The notes: generated by a model from the letters alone, not told the origin. A DNA stretch of 64,000 bases from Monocercomonoides exilis PA203 (GCA_001643675.2 LSRY02000027.1:434001-498000), one strand, 5' to 3'. Positions 12,430 to 24,773 are shown, counted from the stretch's first letter. Program-made: numbers and translations.

Positions 12430-13845
12430 TAAACGGGAGTTTTTATTGGACAAAAAGTTTTCGGGTTTGCATATATACTTTTAGTTTAATGGATGATTAA
12501 TGGACTGTTTCTAATTATGTTTGTAGGAATATTTTCTGAACTGGAAAAATGCAAAACTGAAGTCGAACAAAAGCTAAAGATAGAAGAACTTAATTGCTTG
12601 ATTGATGAAATGGATAAAAGGGAACTGAATTTTATTATCACAAAAGAGAAATATAATACATTGGATGCGATGATCGAAAGAAAGAAATTGTCCTTGGAAA
12701 ATACTTTTTTATTGCTGAAGCACATCGGGTATAACAAGATGATGAAGCTATCAAGGACTGACAGCTTTTATTATTCTTCTTTGCATGAAAGAATTGAGAA
12801 GATGATGATTGATGAAGAAAAGAAAAAAGATCAAAAGAATGAAGAGCTGCTTATTGATCTTTGTGAATGTTATATTGTTCTTCATTATATTTTTTGTATA
12901 ATACCAAAAGAACTTTATTCGATTTGTGTGCCTTGCCTTTTAAAAGTTAATTTACGAAAAGAGGAAAATGAAAAGACACAAAAAGATGTGGAGATGGCAG
13001 TTCTTGCATTGAGCAACATTTATGATCATGTTGTATGAAATTTTTGAATATTTTTATTAGTTTAATTGATTTTTGTGATTCAAATGTAGCTTTTAGAAAA
13101 ATCGCTGTATCTGAACGAGATTATAAAAATCATCAAATATCACCAGCAATATCACAATTTAACGCAACTTGCCTATCGATCAGCTTGGGAATTTTTGATT
13201 AACAGATTTAAAAAAGAACGAGACTTGGATGATTTAATAACAAATGACTTGCATTTTGTAACGGAAGCAACAAGAGAGTTGGAAGAGCTTGAAATGCATG
13301 TGAATTGGAGGGAAAGAGAAAAGGATGAAAAAGTGATGAAAGGAGTATGTGCAATAAACAGATGGTTCAGGATGCTATGGATATGCTTTGGAGCTAACAA
13401 GTTTCAAAGCAACGAACTTACCAAATTGGTTGCGTGCATCATGCGACTGTGTAGAAAGACGAATGAAAATCATAGAGATTTATTCATTTATTGCATTGAA
13501 CTTTTTGAAGCTATGCTGAACGCAGAAGTTGTGAAACTTGAAGATTTGTTGAGAAGTGGCGCATCAGAATTCATATTAGAAAAAATGCATCAATCAACTT
13601 TGGTATATGAAACAACAAAATATTGTTTGAAGTTCTTTTCATTGCTTTCAAACAAATTAAATGAAAAGATGTGTAAGCGAAATGATGAATATAAAGAAAT
13701 GACGATGATAAAAAGAAAGATATTTGTGAAGTTTGAGGAAGATGGATATGAAGACACTGTCATTGGAATCTTTGGAACTTCACTTTTTTTGAATGGCCAT
13801 GTTAACTATTCCATTAATCTTACAGATCATTTTGTTTTCTGCTGA
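12430..13845 (+). CDS. Lineage-specific helical family protein of unknown function (FSELEKC..., CVPCLLKV..., YHQQYHNLTQLAY motifs); 5' end uncertain
   Basis: Introns ~12465-12526 (G|GTTTGC...TAG|GA) and 13033-13089 (GTATGA...TAG) join ORFs 12493-13038 and 13195-13845 in frame (HV|LLEKSLYLNEIIKIIKYHQ). Start codon not resolved. Confidence 0.7.
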
Positions 13846-14298
13846 AAAAGGGTTCTCTTTTTTTTATTTTTTGTTTTATTGTTGGATTGGATAAGCTAAT
13901 TTATCAAACGAAAATATTCAAATTTGAGAGGGAAAAAATTTTTTTGGAATTATAAAGCTGAAATATACAAGCGAATATTGTCGTAGATCTTTATAACTGA
14001 AGACAAACTATTTTGTCATATTCCTTAAATCGATAAAGTTCAGATTAATTATTTGTTCTAAAAGAGCAACATGTATCTCATTGTTTTCCAAAAAAGAATT
14101 TTTTTCTATTTGTATTCATATTTATTGAATGACAAAAAATTATTATCTCTTTCAAAAATGTTTGATCGTGGTGTTTTCGTAACAACCATTGATGATTTCG
14201 TTTCATCAAATGTTTTAACAATTTCTTCTATGCACACATACACGAAGGACATACAGATATTATGCAAAAAATCTCACAAATGTTAAAAAGAACAATTA

Positions 14299-14657
14299 CA
14301 GATATCGCACAAAATACTGGGCAAGATCGATTTCACAACAACTGCAAGAGGAATAATTCTGACAATTTTCCTCAAAATATATCTCATCAATAAATACTCA
14401 TTTGATATACAAGACTTTCAAAATTGCTTCATTTGTGCTCAGAAAAAATTATAATTAAAATTTCGGAGAAAGAGAATTTTGAGTTTCTCCGAGATTATTA
14501 ATTATAATTTTTTCTGAGCACAAATGAAGCAATTTTGAAAGTCTTGTATATCAAATGAGTATTTATTGATGAGATATATTTTGAGGAAAATTGTCAGAAT
14601 TATTCCTCTTGCAGTTGTTGTGAAATCGATCTTGCCCGGAATTTTTTGCGATATCTG
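14299..14657. mobile_element. Foldback/MITE-like near-perfect palindrome (173/174-bp arms, 12-nt loop), TA-flanked, CAG...CTG termini
   Basis: Left arm 14299-14471 is the reverse complement of 14484-14657, with 3 mismatches near the ends and a small indel plus mismatch near the loop. TA at 14297-98 and 14658-59. Confidence 0.85.
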
Positions 14658-14825
14658 TAATTCCTTAATTCAAATAAGAACAATCTCTTCAGTGAAATTT
14701 GTTAAATGAATAATAATCTCATTATTAGGAAAAAATTTCGTGTGTGCAAACTAAATAATACAAGAATGATAAGATTTTCATTTATTTTTGTTTTCAAAAC
14801 AAAAGTGTTTTTTCAAAAAAAAATA

Positions 14826-15277
14826 CAGTCTAAACCGGATATAATCACATCTGGTTTTGCACAACTTTTTGTGACTGAATCCGACTGTGATAATATACGA
14901 TGCTGCTTTACACACAGAAAAAAATAAAATTAATTAATTAATTAATTAATTTTGGGTCGATTTTTTCTTTTTTTGAAAATTCTTCATTAAAACGCATTTT
15001 TCAACAGAAAAAACAATTTTCTTGATTTTATAATAATATTTAAACTTATTTGAACACATTTTTGAAATAGCGAAATTTTGATATTTTTGATCAAAAAATC
15101 GTTTATTCATTGAAAAAATCACACATAATAATAAAAAATGTGATTATATATTTTCATCCCTGTGATTATATGCGATGGAAAATGAATGAAAAACAAACAA
15201 AAAATGTCGGTGCATCCAAAAATGTGACAATATTCGGATGTGATTATATTCGACGTGATAATATCCGGTTTAGACTG
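14826..15277. mobile_element. Tc1/mariner/pogo-type MITE (452 bp) with TA target-site duplication
   Basis: TA|CAGTCTAAACCGGATATAATCAC ... GTGATAATATCCGGTTTAGACTG|TA; subterminal TGTGA(T/C)(T/A)ATAT repeats; no ORF. Confidence 0.88.
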
Positions 15278-15310
15278 TAACTCGTTTTTGTAAATATTTT
15301 TGAAATCATG

Positions 15311-15565
15311 TAGGTGATTATTTTTTTAATCATATATTTTTTCGGGGTGCTGATTTATCTAAGGTTTCTTGTTATTCGCAAAAAAATATTCATTTATAAG
15401 AGAAAAAGCATAATAATTGTTTTTGAAAACAAATGGTTTTTCCGTATCAAAGATAAAAATGCATTCAATAAGCCTTTTCACTTTTCAATTTTTTTATTGA
15501 TATTCAATGGTTTTATTAGAACCTAATTTTTTGAAAAAAAATATGTTTTCGAAAATAATCACCAA
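15311..15565. mobile_element. Degenerate ~255-bp MITE, family shared with 62790-63051
   Basis: Imperfect TIRs GGTGATTATTTT / AAAATAATCACC; internal CGGGGTGCTGATTTATC and TTCACTTTTCA match the 62.8-kb copy. Confidence 0.6.
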
Positions 15566-16285
15566 TATAGAAAATGAGTATTGTTCAAAACGAACTTTTC
15601 AATCTATAATCTTTTTCATTTTGTTTGTTTATTTTTCCTTTTTAAAAATTTAATTTTCTTTTTAATTTTAAAGATATTCACATCACATTAATATTAAACC
15701 AAAAAATTGTGTGGAGAAAAAAACACATGCAATTTGATTTTCTTTTATGTGGGTTTTTTTCGAATAAATTTTAAAAAATATTTGACATGGAGAACACATC
15801 AAATTCATAATTGTGATAATATTCATTCATTAATAGAAATTACTGATTCAATATTAATTCAAAACGATAAACTTTTTTCTTTTCTATGTATAACAAATAA
15901 TTAAACTTGGTGAGTTAAAAACGAATTGAAAACCGAACGGACATTTCTTTTATGAAATATTGAAATTAAAGAAATAAATTGCTTTATAATAATAATAATA
16001 ATAATTATTATTATCATTTGTGAAAAATTTCTCAAATTATTTTTCATAGTTTCTGTTAGCTCAAAGTTTAAAATCCACGCTAGTTTTACACATTCTTATT
16101 TGCAATAATGAATGAAAGAACGAATGCATATCCCTCGCATTTAATGGAAACAAAAATGAAAAAAGACAAGTATCTTTTGAAAAAGTAATGAAATTTTAAT
16201 TTGAGTAATTTGCACATTTAAATCAATAAACCCTTTAAGAGGATAATTTTATATGATTACAATCATTAACAACAAATGAACTGAT

Positions 16286-19200
16286 CTACCAGAGTGAATT
16301 ATCAACGATGGCAGAAGAAGGCCGTCGTGTCTGAGGTAACGAAGGAGTTGGGGATGTACCAAAAATGTTTGAAAAAGTAGAGAAGGATGAGCGAGCTGTT
16401 GACATAAACTGCGCAGACGAGTTGCTTTCTCTACTTCTCTGAGCAGCCTGCGCTTTTTCTGCTTCCTGCTGCTTCAGTCTCTGGTACTGTGGAGTTTCCT
16501 TCGCTGGAAGACCTCCCCAGATAAGAGAGCCCATCGAAGAAGAAGCAGCTGCGCAGGAGTAATGACGCCGTATGGGGCGATAGTTTTCGTCTTCAATGGC
16601 CAATGAAACATCCATTTTCAAATGAGAAATACATTTAATGGTGATAGATAGATAGATAGACAGACAAAGAGACAAAGAGAGAGAGAGAAAGATAGAGACA
16701 GAAATAGAAAAACATTAGAATAAATAAAAAGAAACATTACAGAAAAAAAATGAACATTAAATACCTGTTTTACTTCCTTTCTGTTGGTCAGAAGAGAAAC
16801 AGCTTTGAAGTGAACTCTGCTGCTGCTTCAGATATTCTGTACGAGATGGCTTTTGAGCAGGAAGTGGAAGAGTCTGCGACAGAGGATCTGAATAGAACAA
16901 CATCATACAAATATTTTCATTGGGGAAGAAGCATGATGCATTAGAATGGAATAAAATAAAATAAAATAAAATAAAAATTGAAAATGTATTTCATAAAATA
17001 ATGCAATATAACGAAGGACTCTAAAATGAAAATGAAAAAATTCTTTCAAAATTCAACACAACATTTGAACATCTTTCCTTAATTCTCAGAACAAATACAT
17101 AAAAATTGCACCAAACCCCACAAAGTTATAAGTGCTATAATTATTTTTTTAAAAACAAAAACAAAAAGCCAATCGATTCATTCCCTTTTCAAACACAAAA
17201 ACAGCCAAAAACAATTCATTTGCCACACCTCTGCCTGTTTTTGCCTCGTCAAAGCTCTGCCACGCAAATGCCAACTTCACATCCTTTTCAGCATGTGCTT
17301 CATTTTCCTTCTCTTTCTCTCGAAACTCTTTTATCTGCTTCTCCCGCTCGTCTCTTCCCATCGCAAATCCTTTCATCTTCTGAAGAATCTCTCCTTTCGC
17401 GTTGAGAAACTGCGTTCCTTCATACGAACGTCCACTCCAGTTTGAAAAGCTGCTGGAAGAAGAAGAAGAAGCAGCAGCAGAAGATTTTCTGGAGCCCTTT
17501 GAAGAAGAAGGCGATTGAGCAGTAACAGGACGAGAAGACGAAGAAGAAGAGGGCATCACCGCAATCGTAGCAGAAAGAGAGTCCTTTGGAGACATCCTGT
17601 TTGATCCTCTCCCTTCTTGCTCCTTCTCAAAGCCCATCATCTCTCTCCTCTTGCTTGCCTGCTGTGCCACTTGGTAGTGATGCTTCCCTCTATCTCGGAA
17701 TCCCCACTCAGACTCCTTCAGCCCTTTGATCGTGTCAGTCTCTGCTTCCACATTGGCACTCCTTTCTTCATTGGATGCGTCTCTGCCTTTCTCTCTCTTC
17801 ATATTCTTCTCCTTTCGGGCAAGCCACTCGTACGAGAAGAGCTGCTTCATCGTCTCTCCTTTCCTCACATCCACACTCTCAGTCTTCTTAATGCGTGTCA
17901 TTGTCCTCTGATCTTTGATCTTTTCCCTTTCGTCGTCAAGCTCCTCTCCATCGTGTGTCACAATAGAGCCATGGTCCTTGTCAGAAAGATGCTTTCGCTG
18001 AGACGGGCGCGGCTTCTTGTCAAGATCAGCGTCAGAATGAGATAGAAGTGAAAGAGAGACATTCCTAATAGCATTGGTTTTGCAAAGAAAGCACATAGCA
18101 TAAATGAAAAATAAAGATAAAAATACATAAATTAATATATGAATTGTTATCAAAGAAAAAAGCATTCGTATCAAACAAACAAAATAGTCAAAAAAATAAA
18201 TATTTTAAATAAATATTTCACTAATTTACAACACACTTTGCATAACGAGAGTACGGCCTCTGCTGAGCAAGAGACAGATCAACAGCAGTCGAAGCCGATG
18301 TCTGCACCGCTGGTATTGTTTCCTGATCCTTCAGCGGAAACAGCGTGACGGGAGGGTGGTTCACCTGCTGTGGGTGCAAACAGGCAGGACAAGCAGGACA
18401 AGCAGCGCAGGCAGAAGAGGAGACGCTGGGTGGAGAGAGAGGAGGAGCCACGCTCACAGAAGGAGGCGATATCGGCTCAGAGGAAGGAGACTCAGAGGAA
18501 TCTGACTGAGCAGCTGAATGCCCCTTGCGATCAGAACTGTATGACATTGGCAGCCTCAACTTGAGCGACTCCATAAACTTTCGGTAATCGATGCTTTCTG
18601 TGAGTTGATTGTTTGTTAATGTGTTTGCGTAAATTGAAGCAGAACGGAGTGATAGAGGCACAATACGAAGAAAGTTCAAATAAAAATATATTCACAAATA
18701 TCATGAAAAGCAACAAATTACATAAAAAATAACATTCAATAAATAAATCTCATAATTCTAATTTAAACTCAAACTTTCATCATCTAATTTTCTATTGTCA
18801 CTTTCGTTTTTCTCTTCTTCTTCTTTTTCTTTCTGTATTTTCTTTTGGATCTCCGAAAGTGTTTTCCTTCCTTTGTTCCTTGCATCTCCTTCATCGTCTT
18901 CAGTCGGAGCAATACTCATTTTGCTCTGTGGCTGAGGAATGATCTTCTTTCGAGAGGAAGGAAAAGAAGAATACGGAGAGGTTGAGAAAGGAGCAAATGA
19001 TTCATCTTTTGCAGCATCTGGCACAGACACAGGATGAGATGCCATTGCAGCAGCATTCTCATCATAATGCTCAGAAAACTGCTCAGCTTCCACTTCAGAA
19101 GGAAGAGATTGTCCGCCTAATGTTTCATTTTCAATCTCCTTTTCTGCTGTTTCTGTAGTTTCTGCAGCATCTATCTGCTTTATCACAGCCACAGCCTCTT

Positions 19201-20393
19201 TCGCCTTTCTGCCTTCGTCTCTTTTGCCCAGCTTGTGCGCCAAGTCCCTCAAGCTGCTGTCGAGTTCGACGCCTTCACTTTCCAGCACGTGGTCGAATTC
19301 TTTCTCTGTCAGCGCCCCCTTCCCGCTGATATCCGCAGCGCTGAATGACAAGGCAATGTGCAGCGGCGAGGCAGCAGCAGCTGTGATGGCTGTTCGAAGA
19401 CTATTCAAAGGCTCTGAATAGAAATTAGATAGAAACGAGCGACTCACAAAATAAACAATGAAATAATCTCAAGTGTATTGTACCTGCATCTTTTCCTCTA
19501 TTCTCATATGAATCATCAAGATCGCCCAGCTCCTCCAACGAATCGATTCCGTCAGCCGAAGATAAATCAGTCTGATCCAAACCGTCTTGATTTTGACTTC
19601 TCTTGATTTCAGCTTTCCGCATATCTACTCTTCTATTCTTTTCAAAATTCAAAACATCTTTCATCGAATCCTTTTTTGGCACGTCTTGTCTTGGTTTTTT
19701 AGAAGTCAATGTGGAACTTAGAGGTATTGAAATAGATTCGTTCTTCTTTTCGTTATATCTGAAATAAAACCAAAAAATCAATCAAATTAAAAAAATTTGG
19801 AACACGTTAGCAAACAATTTTATAGAATTTTTAATAAATTGATCATAGTTTATGCGATCACGATTATCAACTGGATATGATTTGACAACCGCATCAATAA
19901 CACTTGGACTCATTTTTAATCCAGATCCTGCAAGAGCTCTCCTTAAATCGTCAGGAAAAATATTACCTGATTTTTGTGTATCCATATTCTTGCACAACTA
20001 AAAAAATATTAAAAAATTTAAATATTACAATAATTAAATTAAATTTCATTCCATGTTCACACTTTATAGACCATTTTTTGATCTCCAGAATCAAGAGCAG
20101 AACCCAAACGATAAATATTGCTTAAACAAAATACATGAAAAATGCAAAAAAGAAAAGCATGCACAGTTCAGATTGACAAAACAGAAAAAATAAATTGTAG
20201 TTATTAAAAACTTCAACGACATCTTTATTAAAAAGCAAACAACGTTTGTTTCGACATGTTTTTGTGAAATGTATTTCTCGTTCCATGAGGATGCTGGACG
20301 GATCTATTTTCAAAATTCATAAATATTATACATTATTAACTTTATGCAACAATAAGCACTTCATTCAAACCGTTTGGTAATACTTGATTCCAT
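16286..20393 (-). CDS. Multi-exon EF-hand-containing protein with long low-complexity regions
   Basis: Exons join as MESSITKR|SVQHPHG...KQT|NIYRLGSALDSGDQKMVYK|LCKNMDTQKSGNIFPDDLRRAL...DRINYDQFIK. Second EF-like loop AADISGKGALTEKEF, and IDYRKFMESL. Same-strand ORFs 19425, 18758, 18221, 17149 and 16286 are separated by GT-AG introns. It may be more than one gene. Confidence 0.65.
16642..16705 (+). repeat. GATA/GACA/GA microsatellite in the last intron
   Basis: gatagatagatagatagacagacaaagagacaaagagagagagag. Confidence 0.8.
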
Positions 20394-20734
20394 TTGTTTT
20401 TTGATCTTTTTTCCATAAATAAATTAAATATCTGGAAAAAAAAGGAAGAATTTAATTTTTACGCAAAAACCACAGGAAATATTAGAATCGCTTTTTGTGT
20501 CAAAGTCAACATGTGATGATTATAAACGTTAAACATAAATGAAAGTTGAATAGTTTATGTTTTCTATTTATTTACAGTACATTTCAAATGTTACAAAACC
20601 CGTTGCTAACCAAAAGAAATGTTTGGTAGCATGTTACAGCCCTTGCTACAAAGCTCAAAAAATCATTGTTCTTTTTGTGCATTACATCTTTTTCTTCAAA
20701 TAAAGTCTTTTTTCTCAATACTTCTATCAAAAGA

Positions 20735-22115
20735 ATGACCTTTTCCAAATATAATTCTATGGATAAGGCGGAGGATCAACTTATGAATATGGAGATGTGT
20801 CAGTTGGAATTTGAACGGCATCCTTCGGTGTTTTTTGAAACCGAATGCGTTAGGACAGCTGTTATTGAATTTGCTGCATATTGTACGAAAATTATCTTTT
20901 GTTTAAAATGAAAAATTATAATTATATTGAATTGTCTATAATTTTGAAAGGCATTACGCAAGTTGCACATCTTACACCTGCTGCAATTCAGACACCAAAT
21001 ACATATGTATCTTCTCCTGATCATATGGGCACTCCTCAGTCACAATCCATAAATGCTCCTTCATCTCCAGTTATGCAAAAAATACCAACGGAAGGATCAA
21101 GAAATACTTTATCGCCTCAGACTGGAACAACTCCGAACGCCTCTGCATTGTCTGGTGAATTTTCAAAACATGTTTCTGCAAATTTTACACCAAAATCAGA
21201 TGCAACGCAGCCAAATTCCCAATCAATTCAAATAAATGATACTCATGTGTATTCTTCTAATCTTGCTGAAGAAAATAAAACTCAGCAAGCAGTTACAGCA
21301 TTTTTATGTGCGATTCGCTATCATTCGAAACTTCTAACTTCAGAATTATTGGTTGCTTTGTCATTGATTGACGCACTTTCTCGAAGGCATTGGCAACAAG
21401 GGCGTTTTGCTCTCAATAAGGATAATGTTTTCTTAGTGATTCTCGTAACCATCATGATTGCTCATAAATGTAGTTGTATGTATTTATTGTCCGCACAATT
21501 TTTTTTGATTCTTTTTCAAACAAATGTTCGAATGTTACAGGCGACAAGCCATATACGAATGGATGGTGGTCAAGAACATTTCATGCTCCTTTGGCTATGA
21601 TAAACGGGACTGAAATGCTGATTCTTCAACTTTTGTCATACGATGTCTCAATCCCAGCAGTTGTGTTCCACCGTTATTACACTGCGATTGTTGAAGGATG
21701 CCACCAGAAAACTGATCTCAATCCATCTCCTTTGGCATTACAGCCATCACACTCAAATGCTCAAGCAATCAAACCAGCGCCTCGTAGTTGTGGGCTACCA
21801 ACCCAGCATTTATCAGTGCCATCTCCAACATCATCTTTATTGGCTACTGCGCCTCGAACATCAGCCGAGACGAATATTTCATCACTTCATAATTGTCCAT
21901 CTTCACTGAACGCGCCTCCTCAATGCTTCTCCGGTTCGCAAGAAGCGAACAGTTATGGTATGAACCGTGTATTTTTAATAAAGACTTTTATTAATACGAT
22001 CGGAAATTGTGAACATTCTTCTTTTTGTTACAAAGGATGCACGGAGAATTCGACCGAACAAAAGATGGAAATTGACACGTGCCAACAAGGGCAATCATTG
22101 CCATCTTTTGGCTAG
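20735..22115 (+). CDS. PHO80/P-type (U-type) cyclin-like protein
   Basis: ELLVALSLIDAL...LVTIMIAHKCS|CDKPYTNGWWSRTF...INGTEMLILQLLSYDVSI fits the cyclin-N (PHO80-like) pattern; introns ~20883-20950, ~21476-21540 and probably 21958-22035. Confidence 0.8.
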
Positions 22116-23818
22116 TTGTATGAATTATTGAAAAGACTTGAACTGTTTGTTGCTGCATTGTTGTGCAAATTACATGATAAGTTTGATATCGAATGGCGAG
22201 AAAAGCTGTTAATACAATTTCTTTGGGATTTACGTTTTGTTAAATATTACGTTACATCATTCTCTTTTAAAGCTTCCAACTTTTTATCCATGTTGTCTAT
22301 CAATCTTTCAAGAGAAATTTCGTTGCATTGAACAAATTAAAAATAAAATGCGATTTTAAATTAAAATTTGAAAAGGAAATATTGCTTTGAACATTTAACT
22401 TTTTTATTTTCTTTATTTTATTTATTAATCACCTTCAAAATCACATTTTATGTATCTTATTGCCAACAATTTCTCCTTTATCTATCTTCATCTGAATCTT
22501 CGTCTCACTCAAGTCCTTTTATTCTTATAGAATATTATTGATTTTACAGTTTTCAGATGTTTAACGGATTTTTTCAATTTTTCTGTGAACTTGTTTAGTT
22601 GTATTGTTAGTTATATATTTTATTGCTTTTTCTTTAAATATTTTTTGAAGGTTTGCATTTACAAAATTATTATGAAGCATTTCTTTACTGATTTTTTTTT
22701 ATGCCCTCAATCACATATCCTTTGCATTTTTATGTGATAAAAAGTTATTGTTTTGTAGAAGTTTAATTTATGATTTTGTTTTGTTTTGCTTCCTCACATG
22801 CTGCAACGAGACAGTCACTGACTTTTTTGCTTTTCTTGAAGTTTCTTCTGATCTTAATTCATTCCGTCATACACAAATGTGTTTCATTATCACTTGTTCA
22901 CAACATACTTTGTGCGTTTCTTTATTTCTTTTTTTGCTTATGTGATATATATTTGCTTTTGTACCATTTAGGCATTCGAAGTATTTTTTTTTAATATTTC
23001 ATTTTATGTTTCTGTTCATTTTAATTTTGAAAATCTGAAATTGAAAATAAAGTTTTTTATTTCAATTATTTTCATATCTTCTGTGAGTCACTATTGCCTC
23101 CAAGTTTTGTTGATCTGCTTCTCAATGAAAGAGCATACGGGAAGGCTTTAAGCTGTCACCGAATGCCTCACAAAACTTTTGAATGTGGGCACTCTGTTGT
23201 GTGCTTTGAACAATATTCTATCCGGTTGCTCTAATTTATTTTTAATTTGATTTTGCTTTATTTGATTCTTCTTCTTTTTTTAGGGAGCCAATCTTTTCTT
23301 TTGCGAATCTTATTTCTATTAGTTCAATTTCTTGTCTTAATTGTTCTTTTATAAGGTTTGGCTTTCATTTGAGAATCGTCTAGATTTGCCTTCTATATTG
23401 CAGTAAGCTGTAAATTCAAGTAAATAATTCAAAATCGATACTGCCTTTTTCTTGTTCTCTGCGCACTTTTGTAGGAAGAGTGCTTTGCATACAATTTCTT
23501 AAACTCACATTTTTTGTGTTTCTTTGTAGATTTCAACATTCCAGCATTTTTTGCATATCGCACTTTTTCAATATGCGATCAAGGAGAAAAAGGATACACA
23601 CATTCATTTGCATTCGAAACAAAAAATAGAACTAAATCAATAAAAACTTCACCGATGCATATTGTTGCTTCACAATAAATAAATACAGATTAGAAGAAAT
23701 CAGAACGAACAAAAATAAAACAGCAATAAAAAAGAAATAATTATGTTGTAAGTCGTGTAAAAATTTGCTTTAATATCTTTTAATTTATCCGATGCTGTCA
23801 TAAGGATAAGACTTATTG

Positions 23819-24773
23819 CTAATTGAACATTATCAATAAGAAAGTAATGATTAAGAGAAGCACAATATAATTCAATTTTTTATTTCTCTCTTCTGACGTT
23901 TTCGAATCTTTTTCATCAGTCTCAGTCTTTTTTATCTTTTCTTCTTCGGTTGTGTGACGTTTCATGACATCCTTCTCAGAGTTATCGCTTGACGCTTCTT
24001 CGACATTCTCTGAATACAATTCAGAATGATTGAATCCCAACTGCTCCATTGGAACGCATGGCTCTTTTTCAAGCATTGCTTCAGCTTCTGAAAGATTTTC
24101 AGGAGTGACCATTAAATCTTGTCTTGCGCGAGGCATATCGAGTTTGACACTTATTGAATTTGGTGAGATATCTCCAATTTTTTTGGCAAGAACAAGAATT
24201 AGATCAACTAGCTTCACCGGAAACACTTCTTCAACCACATCACTTGGAATAATTAAATATGGCTCCATTTGCAAATGCTTTTTTGCTGCCTCATTGAATA
24301 ATTGGACATTATCCTTTACAGACAATTATTGAGAAATAAAATTTATCATTTTCAGTTTATAACAAAAGCATACACGTTTCTGCGCTCCGTGTTTAGGCGA
24401 CTCCACAAACCTACACAATTTGATTAAATTATTAAATTTAAATTAAACAAAATTAATGAAGCAAACGTCGAAATATATGAAGGATCAATTTTCCTCATCA
24501 ATTTACAAAGAAGCGTTCCGTCTGATAACACACTCTAAAAAAGAAAATGACATGTGATGGTTTTAGCAAGCAAACTGAAAGAGGTGTTGTTCCTGTACTT
24601 ATGTCAAGACATTCTTCTAAATATGTCCTTGCAGCTTGCTGCCTCACAAGAAATTCCATTGCTTGGAATTTTTTACGGTCAAGCGTTAATCTTCCTAAAC
24701 ATTATTATTATTTTTTTAAAAATGCTTTCTCGAAAATTAAAATTCAAAAAAACAAAAGAAAACCTTCAGCCAT
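23819..24773 (-). CDS. Single calponin-homology (CH) domain protein with a C-terminal hydrophobic tail
   Basis: Spliced translation MAEGRLTLDRKKFQAMEFLVRQQAARTYLEECL...SVLSDGTLLCKLMRKIDP...DNVQLFNEAAKK...SDVVEE...KLVDLILVLAK follows the CH consensus; ends KKLNYIVLLLIITFLLIMFN*. Confidence 0.75.

Noticed and set aside
14299-15277. CRISPR-like or tRNA/rRNA interpretation of the repeats
   Set aside because: No regularly spaced repeat-spacer pattern, cloverleaf or rRNA motifs; the context is eukaryotic.
23090-23600. Possible decayed multi-exon gene (several pyrimidine-tract-AG motifs)
   Set aside because: No coherent reading frame or homology could be assembled by eye.
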